The notes under the pieces are model-generated. The model saw only the letters and a program-made list of their open reading frames with translations. It ran no database searches and was not told where the DNA came from. Source: an uncultured Gemmatimonadales bacterium (lineage in GTDB: Bacteria > Gemmatimonadota > Gemmatimonadetes > Gemmatimonadales > GWC2-71-9). Taken from it: a stretch of 64,000 nt of DNA. The stretch lies in the NCBI GenBank assembly GCA_963739455.1, contig CAVUAK010000001.1, positions 2,144,001 to 2,208,000 on the forward strand, given 5' to 3'. Made by a program: the position numbers and the translations under genes. Shown in pieces: positions 50,569-61,280 of this stretch (its first letter is position 1; each line of letters starts with the position of its first letter).

Positions 50569-51717
50569 TCAGCAGCCCCCCGTTCCAGGATTGCGGTCGC
50601 GAGGATCGCGAGCGGGGAGCGTTCCATCCAGGCGCACGGCGTAGCTATCCTGCACCAGGTTCCCATCGTAGCGAATGGACTGCTGGATCATCACCGGGCG
50701 CGTGGTGCTGGTGGTCGCGCTGTACCAGTTGTTGGTCGACTCGGTGTAGACCGGACCGCAGCGCTCCAGCTTCACGGTCATTCCCTTTTCGTAGAGTGCC
50801 CCGAGCATGTGCTCACCCTTGGGGTGCGTCCCCATTTCCTCGAGATAGATCGTCCTGACCTGGGTTGCGCTTCCGCTGGCGCTGACGGAGAACTCACGGC
50901 CGGCGAGGGTCACTTGCCCCGACTGCAGCATCGGGCCGGGATCGCCGCGATAGCTCATGTTGCCCGGCCTGGGTCCGGGATTCCATTCGATTCCTGATGG
51001 CAGGCCTGCCATCGTCTTCCAGTCATACGACGCCGGCCCGGCGGAGCTCGGCATCAGCGCCTTGATAGTGCCGGCCAGCAACTCAGGCGGCTTGCTGGTG
51101 GAGACGACCTTCCGCTCGCTGCCCGCCCCACACGTCTCGCTGTAGAGCGCGAGCTGGCTGGGTTGGAGCGGCGGCAGTTTTTCCCCGCGCGTGAGCACGA
51201 AGCCTTCGCACGCCTTCCCCTTGCAGCTGGTCTGGATCGCGAGATGACCGGGGTCGCGTTTCGGGCCCGTCAGGCCGTACCAGTCGGTGCCAGCCCCGGT
51301 GTTGCCGGCGGGGCATCGAGCCAGCGTCGCACCCAGCCCCGCCTTCTGCAGTGAGGACACGACTGCGGCCTCACCCAACGGTGCCGACGGGTTCCTGAAG
51401 TAGACGGTCGTGACGATGGTGCGCGCTCCAGTGGCAACCACGGCGATGCTTCGTCCGTCGATGGTCAACCCACCCTGGCGAGTGTAGCAACCACCGTCGG
51501 GGAGGCAATTCCTGAGCGAGGTCGGTGGCAACGCAGCCCACCTTATCAGGGGCAGCTTCTCGAGGCCTTCCCAGCTGGTCTCGAAGTCCTTGTCGAGGAA
51601 TGCGGCGACGATCCCGGCAAGGTCGTCTGCGGGATCGCGGGTCGGCTGAGAGGCGGCGAGCAGGCCCAGTGATGCAAGGCCGAGGGCAACCATTGCGACG
51701 GGACGCGCGGGTTTCAT
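50569..51717 (-). CDS. Secreted hypothetical protein with two tandem homologous domains
   Basis: Signal peptide; internal duplication visible by eye (see findings). Confidence 0.75.
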   Translation of the reverse strand: MKPARPVAMVALGLASLGLLAASQPTRDPADDLAGIVAAFLDKDFETSWEGLEKLPLIRWAALPPTSLRNCLPDGGCYTRQGGLTIDGRSIAVVATGARTIVTTVYFRNPSAPLGEAAVVSSLQKAGLGATLARCPAGNTGAGTDWYGLTGPKRDPGHLAIQTSCKGKACEGFVLTRGEKLPPLQPSQLALYSETCGAGSERKVVSTSKPPELLAGTIKALMPSSAGPASYDWKTMAGLPSGIEWNPGPRPGNMSYRGDPGPMLQSGQVTLAGREFSVSASGSATQVRTIYLEEMGTHPKGEHMLGALYEKGMTVKLERCGPVYTESTNNWYSATTSTTRPVMIQQSIRYDGNLVQDSYAVRLDGTLPARDPRDRNPGTGGC

Positions 51718-51854
51718 GAGGGGGCCTGGGCTGGGGCGATCGAGGGTCCGTCCTGCATTGCGCAGCTGAGTGCCAATGTCCGTCATCGTGTTGTTCGGTG
51801 CGGTTTGGTGGACTAGCTTGACCCCCCATCGATCCCAGTCAAGAGGAGCGGAGC

Positions 51855-53418
51855 ATGAGGCGTGAGTCGGTGTTGTTCCTGACCCTGGTGACGCTGGCGT
51901 GCAGTGCCCCGACCGACAAGGCGGGAGCCCAGGTGGTCGTGCGCGATACCACGGCAGCGCGCGATTCGGCGTTCGCCATCGACACGCTTCGCGCGCTCGA
52001 CTCAGCGCTCGCCGTCGACACCGCCAGCTATTCCAGAGGCAGTTTTCGCCGCTGCCGACAGCGCGTCGCCGGTGGGATTCCGGGTGCCGTGGACCGGCGA
52101 TCTCGACGGGATGATCAAGCGCCGATTCATCCGGGTGCTGGTAACGCCCTCCCAGACCAGCTTCCTCATCGACCGGGGAAGCCGCTTCGGACTGACCTTC
52201 GAGGCGATGCAGGAGTTCGAGACGCAGCTGAACCAGCGACTGGGGCTTCGGGTGAAACGGGTGCGGGTGATGTACATCCCGGTGCCGCGTGACCAGTTGC
52301 TCACCGGCGTGCGCGATGGGCTGGGTGACCTGGCGGTGTCGCAGATCAAGGTGACGCCGGCGGGCCAGGCGATCGTGGACTTCTCGATCCCGGAGGCGCA
52401 GCGCATCCGGGAGATTGTCGTGACCGGCACCGGTGGGCCGGCGCTCGCGAGCATCGACGCGATGGCCGGCCGCACAGGTATACCTGCGTCGCTCATCGAA
52501 CTACTGGGAGCACGCTGAGGTGGTCAACCAGCGACTGGTCGCTGAGGGCAAGCCACCGATCGACCTTCGCCCGGTGCCCGAGGTCCTCACCGACGAGGAC
52601 ATCCTCGAGATGGTGCATGCGGGGACATTCCCGGCCACCATCGTGGACCAGTACAAGGCGCGACTCTGGGCCCGGGTGCTGCCCGGTCTCGTGATGCACC
52701 CGGATGCGTTCGTCTCGGACGATGGGACGCTGGCGTGGGCATTCAGGAAGGGCAGTCCCGAGCTGGAGACGTCGGTGAATGCGTTCCTGCGGACGCACCG
52801 GCAGGGAACACTGTTCGGGAACATACTGATCCGCCGCTACACCCAGGGCACCCGGTTCATCACGCCGGTGCGGACCGGCGCGGCGCAGCAGAACTTCGAC
52901 CGGATGGTGGTGCTCTTCACTCGATACTCGGAGAAGTACGAGATGAGCACCGCGATGATGATGGCGCTGGCGTACCAGGAGTCAGGGCTCAACCAGGCGG
53001 CGGTGAGTCCAGTGGGCGCGATCGGCGTGATGCAGGTGATGCCGCCGACGGGCCGGCAGATGAACGTGGGGGATATCCGGCAGCTCGAGCCCAACATTCA
53101 TGCGGGCATCAAGTACATGCACCATCTCGATGGAGGTCTATTTCCCGACCGCGCCGCAGGACATGGTGAACCGCATCGCTGCTCACCTTCGCGTCCTACA
53201 ATGCCGGCCCCAACCGCATGCGGCGGCTGCGTCGTGAGGCCGCGAATCGCGGCCTGGATCCCGATGTCTGGTTCGACAACGTCGAGATCCTGGCGGCAGA
53301 GACCATCGGTCGCGAGACGGTGACGTACGTGAGCAACATCTTCAAGTATTACGTGGCGTACCAGCTCATGCTCGACGACCGTGCGGCGCGCGAGGCGGCC
53401 GGGGCAACGGTGCGCTGA
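51855..53418 (+). CDS. MltF-like lytic transglycosylase lipoprotein (substrate-binding plus SLT domains), frameshifted
   Basis: Lipobox LAC; WTGDLDGMIKRR.IR.LV; AYQESGL.Q...S.VGA.GVMQ; YNAGP and IGRETV.YV.NI.KYY motifs. Confidence 0.88.
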
Positions 53419-53465
53419 CCCCTTTTCTCCCGCGGCGCTGGCTTGTATGTTGCGGGAGTCGCTGG

Positions 53466-54010
53466 CTAGGGTTTTTTCGGAGCGATGGTGCCGAAGATGC
53501 GGCCGAGCGATGCACCCAAGAAGAGAATGCGCCGGCCCCGGGCGAAGTCGACTGCGAATGATGGTGCCACGACCCAGTTCTCGAGCACGTTGAATTCGTA
53601 GCAGAACTCCATGCGGTAGAGGATCGACCAGGAACTGCCCTCCAGATCGCCGGATAACAGCCATCGCGACGCGCAGCGGTCCGGTGGGGTGCAGCGTGAA
53701 CGCCGGACCAACCACGAAGTCGCGCGGTCCTCCAAATGTCCATTCCGCCAGGGCGCCGACGCCGTACCACTTGTGGAGACGACGCTCGTACTCGACGCCG
53801 AGGGTAAACCCGCTGCCTTCATCGATTTCATTCTGGCGGGTCACACCCACAACCACGCTCGCGAGGTTGCGCCAGGGTCGCCTTGGGAGGCGGACCGCCG
53901 ACGAGGCTGTCGCGGCGGCGGTGGCGGCGCGTCTTCCTGCGCCGCCGCCTGCGTGGCGATGCTCGCGGCCGCTGCCAGGCACAGGACCAGCGTCCGGTAT
54001 CGCCGGTTCG
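53466..54010 (-). CDS. Small outer-membrane beta-barrel-like protein, frameshifted; start uncertain
   Basis: Signal-like RRYRTLVLCLAAAASIATQAAAQ; GFTLGVEYERRL..WYGVG; VAPSFAVDF...LGASLG strands in different frames. Confidence 0.55.
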
Positions 54011-54720
54011 TGGGTGTCAGATGGATCCTCGCGCTCCTGATTGCGTGGCAGGTGGGTCACGCCGTTCCGCTCGCGGCACAATCGGTCGTTGAATCTAACG
54101 GGGAGATCTGGTGGGATGTCGACCTCCGCTACCGGGTCAACCCGCGCTGGACGGCGTTTACCGAGGTCAGTGCGCGAGGCTGGAACCAGGTGCGCGCCTC
54201 TCCCGGCTTCGAGTACGTCGCCACGAGCTGGCTCGATATCCTCGGGCTGGTGCCGCTGATCGGCATCGTCAACCAGCAGGGACTCGTGTCGTACGAGGTC
54301 CGGGTTGTTCCGGGTGTTCGGCTCACCTGGCGTCCCACGCCATGGCTGTCGCTCCGGAACCGCGACGTCGCCGAGTTCCGCCGAGTCGACTTCGTCAACA
54401 GCGACAGGACGGACTACTCGACCCGGATCCGGGTGCGGCTGGAGGCGCGCGTCGCCATTGCGCCGACGAGCTTCGCGTCTCGCACGCTCCTCTACGGCCT
54501 GGCCGACATCGAGGGGTTCAAGACCGTCGGGGTCGAACTGAGCAACCGGCATTTCTGGGATCGCACCCGGATCCGGGCGGGACTCGGCTACCGGTTTGAC
54601 CGCTGGTGGACGGTGGAAGGGATCTACGTGCTCGAGACGCGGTGGAACACGCGGGCGGACGTCCAGCTGACGTCCAGGCTGCATATCCTGCAGATGCGGC
54701 TGGTGCACTTCATCCGCTGA
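54010..54720 (+). CDS. DUF2490-like outer-membrane protein
   Basis: Signal peptide; alternating beta strands, R.R.RL, R.R...GLGY and HILQ...HF C-terminus. Confidence 0.75.
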   Translation: MGVRWILALLIAWQVGHAVPLAAQSVVESNGEIWWDVDLRYRVNPRWTAFTEVSARGWNQVRASPGFEYVATSWLDILGLVPLIGIVNQQGLVSYEVRVVPGVRLTWRPTPWLSLRNRDVAEFRRVDFVNSDRTDYSTRIRVRLEARVAIAPTSFASRTLLYGLADIEGFKTVGVELSNRHFWDRTRIRAGLGYRFDRWWTVEGIYVLETRWNTRADVQLTSRLHILQMRLVHFIR

Positions 54721-54870
54721 TTCGTGGCGGGCAGGTCCCTTGCACTCGACATTGCACACGAGTCGAGGCAACTTCCTTCCGGCGTCCTCACCGCGTTTGC
54801 GCTTGCGCGACGAAGGGGCCGTTCCAACCTGACATCCGTCTGTCCTACAACAGTGATCCGGAGGTCGTTC

Positions 54871-56313
54871 ATGTTGCTTTCCGCTCGTGGCGCGCGTACA
54901 AGCGTGATCCTGGCCGTGCTTGGCCTTGGCGCCTGTGCCGATCAGGGCCCGGTCGCGCCGGCCGAGGCACCCATTGAGAATTCGGTCCCCGCCGGTGCTG
55001 GCGCCGTGTCCGCGCTGCGGCAGGGGACGTCCCGTTACGTCGTGGTGGGTCGGGAGGGCAGCAGTACGGACCTCCGGGCCGCCATCGCGAAGGCGGGAGG
55101 CAAGGTGGAGCGCACCCACGGTGGAATCAACGTGTACGACGTGAGCGGACTCTCGGCACAGGGCCTGGCCTCCCTCAAGGCGCTGCCCGGCGTGGAGGGG
55201 GTCGATGCCGACGTGAGGGTGCAGTGGCTCCCTCCGCTCGCCCAAAGGAGTTTGAGGAAGGCGTCATTCGCGCAATCACGGGGAACCGACCAGAGCGGTG
55301 CCGCCTTCTTCGCCTACCAGTGGTACCTGCCGCAGATCCGGGCCAATGAGGCATGGACCAAGTCGCGGGGCGGCAAGAAGCAGCTGGTCTGCGATCTTGA
55401 CTCGGGCGTGGACGCGAATCACCTCGACCTCTCCGGCAAGGTCGACCTCGCCAGGAGCGCGTCATTCGTGGCTGAAGAGGATGGCATCATCGATCGCGAC
55501 TCGCACGGAACGGCAGTCTCGGCACTCATTGTCTCGAACGGCATCGGCATCGCCTCTGTCGCGCCCGACGCCATGCTCTGCCAGGTCAAGGTGCTGAATG
55601 GTGACGGGTCAGGGTCGTTCGCTGACATCATTGCGGGCATCATCTACGCCACCGACGCAGGTGCCGACGTGATCAACATGAGCCTCGGTGCATACTTCTC
55701 TCGCCGGGAGGACGGGGCGAAGGAACTGGTGCGTGCCGTGCAGCGCGCAGTGAACTACGCATCGCGGCATGGAGTGGTGGTGGTTGCGGCGGCAGGGAAT
55801 GGTGACGCTCTTGGAGTGGGGATCAACCTGAACCGGGATCCCCGCTCCTACATCGCCATCCCGGCTGAACTGGATAACGTCATCAGCGTCGGCGCCACGG
55901 CGCCCACCAACCAGCAGAACTTCGACCAGATCGCGAGCTATTCCAACTACGGCGCCTCTGGTGTGGACGTCTTTGCGCCGGGTGGAGACTTGGTGGCGGG
56001 CGGGGTGGTCGAGGACCTGATCCTTACCGCTTGCAGCAGCGCAATGACCGCCTTCGACTGTTCGTCAGGTGCCGACTACCTGTTCGCCGCGGGGACGAGC
56101 TTTGCATCGCCGCTTGTTTCCGGAGAGGCCGCCATCATTCAGTCCACCCTGCCAGGCGACCAGAACGACGAGGTCATCAGCCGCTGCATTCTTCGCAGCG
56201 CCGTCAACCCGAGCGGACGGAACATCGACCGTCTCTACGGGAGGGGCATTGTCGACGTTGTGAGCGGCCTGAGTTGTGGTGGTGGCCGCGGGAACCAGGT
56301 CGCCGCCAGGTAG
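54871..56313 (+). CDS. S8 (subtilisin) family serine peptidase lipoprotein
   Basis: Lipobox LGAC; catalytic DSG, HGT and GTSFASP; oxyanion AAAGN. Confidence 0.94.
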   Translation: MLLSARGARTSVILAVLGLGACADQGPVAPAEAPIENSVPAGAGAVSALRQGTSRYVVVGREGSSTDLRAAIAKAGGKVERTHGGINVYDVSGLSAQGLASLKALPGVEGVDADVRVQWLPPLAQRSLRKASFAQSRGTDQSGAAFFAYQWYLPQIRANEAWTKSRGGKKQLVCDLDSGVDANHLDLSGKVDLARSASFVAEEDGIIDRDSHGTAVSALIVSNGIGIASVAPDAMLCQVKVLNGDGSGSFADIIAGIIYATDAGADVINMSLGAYFSRREDGAKELVRAVQRAVNYASRHGVVVVAAAGNGDALGVGINLNRDPRSYIAIPAELDNVISVGATAPTNQQNFDQIASYSNYGASGVDVFAPGGDLVAGGVVEDLILTACSSAMTAFDCSSGADYLFAAGTSFASPLVSGEAAIIQSTLPGDQNDEVISRCILRSAVNPSGRNIDRLYGRGIVDVVSGLSCGGGRGNQVAAR

Positions 56314-56334
56314 GCGCGCGGACCGACGACCCAC

Positions 56335-56853
56335 ATGCCATTCTATCTCACGCGCACCAGTGTCAGTGGAGCACTGGTGCTCTTGCTCGGACTCGGCTCG
56401 GTGCTTCCGGCACAAGCCCAGGACGACAGTGCGTCGACGCCGCAGCAGATCACGCTGGTCTGCCCGGGCAGCGGCACTGTGCAGGCCTCGCAGACCAGCT
56501 CGACCAACACGTACAACAACCAGACCAAGAAGTATGAGTCGGGGACGGCCACCACGACTGCGCGCCAGCCATTCAACGGCAGCGTGCACGTGGAACTGTC
56601 CGGCCAGCTGGGGCGCATCGCCCTGCCGAAGCCAATGATGCCGCTGCTCAACAGCGGGTCTGATGGCTGGTTGCCGGTGGGGAAGATCACGTCCGATACG
56701 AAGGAGATTACCGGACAGGTGACGATCAACACCTTCAACAAGCCCAAGCTGCGTATCGACCGCGTGACAGGTGAGATTACCCTCTCGGGCGGTTTCAGTG
56801 ACTTCAGTGGGAAGTGTGAGGCCGTCGGGAAGGACGACAAGCCGAAGTTCTAG
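56335..56853 (+). CDS. Secreted hypothetical protein
   Basis: Signal peptide (AQA); L.C.G near the N-terminus, IDRVTG...FSGKCE at the C-terminus (probable disulfide). Confidence 0.75.
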   Translation: MPFYLTRTSVSGALVLLLGLGSVLPAQAQDDSASTPQQITLVCPGSGTVQASQTSSTNTYNNQTKKYESGTATTTARQPFNGSVHVELSGQLGRIALPKPMMPLLNSGSDGWLPVGKITSDTKEITGQVTINTFNKPKLRIDRVTGEITLSGGFSDFSGKCEAVGKDDKPKF

Positions 56854-56873
56854 CCTTGTGGGTTCGGGAGCAG

Positions 56874-56903
56874 AAAACGCGCGCCCCGACGGGCGCGCGT
56901 TTT
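56874..56903. terminator. Bidirectional intrinsic terminator
   Basis: AAAACGCGCGCCC-CGAC-GGGCGCGCGTTTT between convergent genes. Confidence 0.88.
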
Positions 56904-56923
56904 ACGTCCGGTTCAGCGGGGAA

Positions 56924-58198
56924 TCAGTCCAGCGGGAACGGCTTGAACCAGGGCACATCGTGCCGCATCGCCCAACTCGCCACGTCGCGGCCGAGCTGCT
57001 GGCCCGCCGTGATGTCGAAGCGATAGTGCAGCCCGCCATACATCCGCGAGAGCCCCGCCCTGGTCACGTAACTCTCGAGCAGTTCCTTCTCGCTGGGGAA
57101 CGCGCGCTCCAGCACCGTGGCGTAGGACGCGGTGTTGCACGAGTGCCCGCTGATGTAGGACGGATGATTCGGCAACGGAATGGCGAGCGTGATCAGCGGG
57201 TCGGCCATGGTCGGCCGGATGAACCAGTAGGCAAACTTTGCGTCGAAGCAGCCGATGCCAGCGTCGAAGCCGGCCATGTTCGCCAGGGCCAGGATGTGCG
57301 CGGCGTCATGCTCCCGCCGCCCATGGGCCACAATCATTCCGGCGGCAACCTCATTCATGAAGGCCGGACCCTTGGTCGCCCAGTACTGTGCTTCCGCTAT
57401 CTGGTCCGCCGTTCGCGTGTCGGAGATCGTGCGGATCTCGGCCAGGTCCGTGAGGTATGCTGGTGAACCGAATGCCGGGGGCGGCGCGGGGCGGAACTGG
57501 TCACCCGACCTCAAGAAAAACGGGCGGGTGCCATACAGCCCGCGGACTGTCGGCGTGGCGCTCACCCAGTAACCCTCGGCGAGCCCACCAGGTGCCGGGG
57601 GCGGGATCAGCACGTTGAAGTTGTCGGTGGCCGCGTATGCCAGGACCTCGGCACCGACTGCACGACCGATTGCTTCCCCGGCAGCGGCATCCTCCTGGAA
57701 GTGACCACCGTGGCCGCGATCAAAGCCGCCCTTCCCGCGGTCATCGCCCCAACCGTGATGCTCATCCTTTCCATCGTCCGGCGGGATCGCGGCCAGCTGG
57801 GCCGCGAACTGCGCGTCGATGAGCGCTGCGTCCAGGGGGAAGAAGCTGGTGAGCACAACCACCGAGGCGCCACCCACGGCGACGGAAGGCGACGCGTTGC
57901 CGCCGCGATGAAACCAGGTGTTCTCGGCCTTCACGACGGCGTTGTATTGCGCCAGCGAGAGATATGTGAGGATCCGGGACTGCACGTGTGGTGCTCCCAC
58001 CGCGCGCGCGACAATCAGGTCGCGTGCCGTCTGGTTCCAAGCGACGGTCGCCCCGGCGTCCCTTGCCTTGCCAATGGAACTGGAAGCCTCCGCATTCTCC
58101 ACGGGGTCGGCAGCCGGGCTGGTGCTCGTATCGCTGCAGGCGGTGGCGAGCGCCAGCATCCCGGCAACGATGCCGAGTTGATGCATGTAGTGCCTCAT
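56924..58198 (-). CDS. PAP2 / vanadium haloperoxidase-like lipoprotein
   Basis: Lipobox ATAC; K......RP (KFAYWFIRP), HPSYISGH and SRMYGGLHYRFD motifs. Confidence 0.88.
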   Translation of the reverse strand: MRHYMHQLGIVAGMLALATACSDTSTSPAADPVENAEASSSIGKARDAGATVAWNQTARDLIVARAVGAPHVQSRILTYLSLAQYNAVVKAENTWFHRGGNASPSVAVGGASVVVLTSFFPLDAALIDAQFAAQLAAIPPDDGKDEHHGWGDDRGKGGFDRGHGGHFQEDAAAGEAIGRAVGAEVLAYAATDNFNVLIPPPAPGGLAEGYWVSATPTVRGLYGTRPFFLRSGDQFRPAPPPAFGSPAYLTDLAEIRTISDTRTADQIAEAQYWATKGPAFMNEVAAGMIVAHGRREHDAAHILALANMAGFDAGIGCFDAKFAYWFIRPTMADPLITLAIPLPNHPSYISGHSCNTASYATVLERAFPSEKELLESYVTRAGLSRMYGGLHYRFDITAGQQLGRDVASWAMRHDVPWFKPFPLD

Positions 58199-58282
58199 AG
58201 GTCCTCCGTGTGTGGGTCCCGGCCAGCGCACGGCACGACCGGGAAGTACCTTGGATGTGGTAGTGGTGCTCTATGGGGAACC

Positions 58283-58317
58283 CCCGTGAGCCAGCCGCTT
58301 ACCACCCGTGAACCGGC
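58283..58317. promoter_or_regulatory. Direct repeats spaced 22 bp, candidate SARP-type binding site
   Basis: CCCGTGAGCCAGC at 58283 and CCCGTGAACCGGC at 58305, in the divergent intergenic region. Confidence 0.45.
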
Positions 58318-58340
58318 TCGGCGTTCGCCCGGGAGCGGTC

Positions 58341-59678
58341 ATGCCCCTGCTTCGTACTCTCGGCTCAGTCGCGCTCGTGGATCGCAGTGCGGGCAGCGAA
58401 CAGCACCTCGAAATCCAGCAGAAGCGGTTGGCGCTGCTGGTGTTCCTCGCGCGTGGGCGCAGTGGACACCTGGTCCGCCGCGATGTTCTCCTCTCCCTTT
58501 TCTGGCCTGAATCCGATGAACAGCATGGCCGCGGCGTGCTGCGCCAGGCACTGACGGCATTCCGCAAGCAGCTCGGTGCTGATGTGCTGGTGACCCGCGG
58601 CGAGGACGAAGTCGGTCTCGCAGCCGACGGACTGCTGGTCGATGCGACCGCGTTCGAGGACGCCTGCAGGTCGGGGAAATTCGAATCGGCACGCGACCTG
58701 TACCGAGGCCACTTCCTGGCGGGGTTCCATGCTTCGGGAGTGGCTCCGGAGTTCGAACAATGGGTGGACGTGGAACGTGAACAGCTCCGTCGTCTCGCCA
58801 GTGATGCGTCGTGGAGAGTGGCCTTGCAGTGCGAGTCATCGGGCCGCCCTGCGGACGCCGTGACCAGCGCGCGCCACGCGGTGGAATTGGACCCCGATGA
58901 CGAGATGGGCGTCGCACGCCTGATCGCGCTGCTCGACCGCCAGGGTGACCGATCCGGTGCGCTCACGGTCTATGCGGCGCTGGAGCGTCGGCTGGCCGAT
59001 GGGTTCTCGGCGCGACCCGCACCGGAGACGCGCGCCCTGATGCAGACACTCCGCCAGCGCCCCACACCTGCCGCGCGGTCGGGTTCATTTGCGCTCGACG
59101 CTCCTGCGCCGCCTGCCCAGGCCTGGCGCAGTAGCAGGCGATCGCGCCGACCGCTCATCATCGCGGGTGCCATTGGCGCGCTGATCACTGTCGTGCTGGT
59201 CGCATTGCTCGGCCCGCGGGCCCCGCCGTCCGCCCTGATTCGCAACAACAGCGTCGTGGCAGTGGTGCCCTTCCGTCTCCATGCCCCTGACTCCGATCTG
59301 GGCTGGTTGCAGGACGGGATGGTCGAGCTCCTCACCATGCGACTCTCGGAGAGCGACGCGTTCAGCGTGGTAGAGCCGGGTCGTGTTCTCGCCGCGTGGG
59401 GCGACACGCCGTCAGGTCAGGGAGGCATTGGGTCGGATGAGGCGTTGCGGCGACTTGCGGAGAAGGTGGGCGCGGGTCGGGTGGTGCGGGGAAGTCTCAA
59501 CGGTACGCGGGGACACCTCATCCTGGCGGCCTGGATCATCGACATGCCAGGCGGACAGACAGTGGCGCAGGCCAGTGTGGAAGGGCCGGCCGACAGCCTT
59601 CCGGTTCTGGTGGACCGACTCGCAACGCAATTGCTTGGCCGAACGGAGCATGCCGCGCGACAGCCACCTCCGCAGTAG
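58341..59678 (+). CDS. Membrane-anchored SARP/BTAD transcriptional regulator with extracytoplasmic TolB-N-like domain
   Basis: LRTLG...LALL..L...RD.LL...WP...LRQAL winged HTH; LYRG.FL.GF...F..W...ER BTAD; TM IIAGAIGALITVVLVALL; VAVVPF domain. Confidence 0.88.
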   Translation: MPLLRTLGSVALVDRSAGSEQHLEIQQKRLALLVFLARGRSGHLVRRDVLLSLFWPESDEQHGRGVLRQALTAFRKQLGADVLVTRGEDEVGLAADGLLVDATAFEDACRSGKFESARDLYRGHFLAGFHASGVAPEFEQWVDVEREQLRRLASDASWRVALQCESSGRPADAVTSARHAVELDPDDEMGVARLIALLDRQGDRSGALTVYAALERRLADGFSARPAPETRALMQTLRQRPTPAARSGSFALDAPAPPAQAWRSSRRSRRPLIIAGAIGALITVVLVALLGPRAPPSALIRNNSVVAVVPFRLHAPDSDLGWLQDGMVELLTMRLSESDAFSVVEPGRVLAAWGDTPSGQGGIGSDEALRRLAEKVGAGRVVRGSLNGTRGHLILAAWIIDMPGGQTVAQASVEGPADSLPVLVDRLATQLLGRTEHAARQPPPQ

Positions 59679-59690
59679 CGGCGGGACAAC

Positions 59691-61276
59691 CTAGGATTCG
59701 CGCGTCATGTCCCACCGGTGCTTCGCCGCGGCCAACGCAGCAAGCACCAGCGTCGCCACCAGGTAGCCAACCCTCGTCGTACTGGTGGCGACGCCGTTCC
59801 ACCCCGCAAAATCCAGCGCCGGTACCTGCGCACCATTGAGCACCAGGTAGACGAACAGCAGGAAGACTCCCATGAACGCCTTCGGCGTCCGGGTGAGGAG
59901 GCCGAGCGCCGTGGCGAGTGCCGCCATGAATCCCGCCGCGATGACCAGCGACAGCGCCGATCCCGGCGAGCTGAAGGCGATGCGAATCGCCGGTGGGACG
60001 CAGAACAGCAAGCGCCAGCAGTGTCGCGGCGCCCAGCTTGATCCAGGCGTAGTCCGGGCTTCACGGTGGGCATGCTGTAGAGCAGCGGCAGTGTGCCGGC
60101 GGCCCGGTCGCGCGTCGAGAGGTCGGCGAGCCCGATGGCCAGGATCGCCGCGATGACGAGCGGGCAACAGGTGGAGCAGCTTGATCTCGGGTGCCACGAG
60201 CGTGGCGACCAGGACTCCCAGCCACGCCAGCAGGAGCAGCGGTGACTGGCAGAGCGTCATGACCGTCTCGGCGACGATGGCGCGGAGGGGCGCCGGTGCC
60301 ACCGCCACGAGTCGCTCGCCGGCACCCGACACGAGTCGCGTGAGCGGCTTGAGCAGGAGCGGAGATCCGGCGGATGAGGTGTCCGCCTGCCGCCTGGCTC
60401 GCGCCGCGCACGCGGGCGGGGTCGAACCGATGGAAAAAGACGAGCGCCCACGAGCAGGATCGGCACCGCGAGCAGCGCGGTGACGAGGCGCGGCAGGAGC
60501 ACGCCGCAGGGAGAGCGACATCGGTGGCAGGACCCACGGCGCCACGGCGGGGTTGAACGGCGTCATGCCGATGGCGAGGTGCTCCGACCCGGTCACTGAA
60601 TGCACCTGGCCCAGGATGAACCCGAGCCCCATCACGTCGAGGAACGACCCGGCCCCGCCCCCCTGTGCCCCCATGGCGCCCACAGCCAGCAGCACCATCC
60701 AGATGAAGAAGTAGAGCACGTCGCCCACCCGGCCCGAGAGGACCGGAATGCACTCGAAGGAAATCGCGAGCGCCGACACGACGAGGATCGCCGGGCCCAG
60801 TGCGAGGAGGTACGTGACGAAATACGTGACCGGCTCCAGCGGTCCCTCGCCGCGCAGCAGGTGCATCGCCATCACGTTGAGGACGTACACGCCGGTGACC
60901 AGCCCCAGGCTGGCGGCGCCGCCGAGGAACTTGCCCGCCAGGTAGGTCGCCGAACTGACCGGTGTCGCGGCGATGATGCGATCCGGTGCGCGCCAGGAGA
61001 TCGCGCCGGAGTGCGTTGCTGGTGAGGTAGAAGCCGGCGAAGGTCAGCAACAGCGTCGCGAGCCCCGCGGTCGCGAGCGCCACGACCTGCGAGGTGTACA
61101 GGGCGCGCGCACCGTCCACCACCATCAGTGCATGCCCGTCCGCCGGATCGGGAATCAGCAGGTAGGCGAGCCCCGAGAGGATCAGGATCAGCCACAGGGT
61201 CGACGGGCGACGGAGCCGCAGCTGGAGGTCGGTCAGCGCGATGACCGAGGACCTGCCGGAACAGGAGCGGTTGCAT
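59691..61276 (-). CDS. ABC-2 type transporter permease, multiple frameshifts
   Basis: Hydrophobic segments distributed over ORFs 60061..62139 (tail), 59691..60890 and others; follows an ABC ATPase. Confidence 0.7.
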
Positions 61277-61280
61277 CGGC

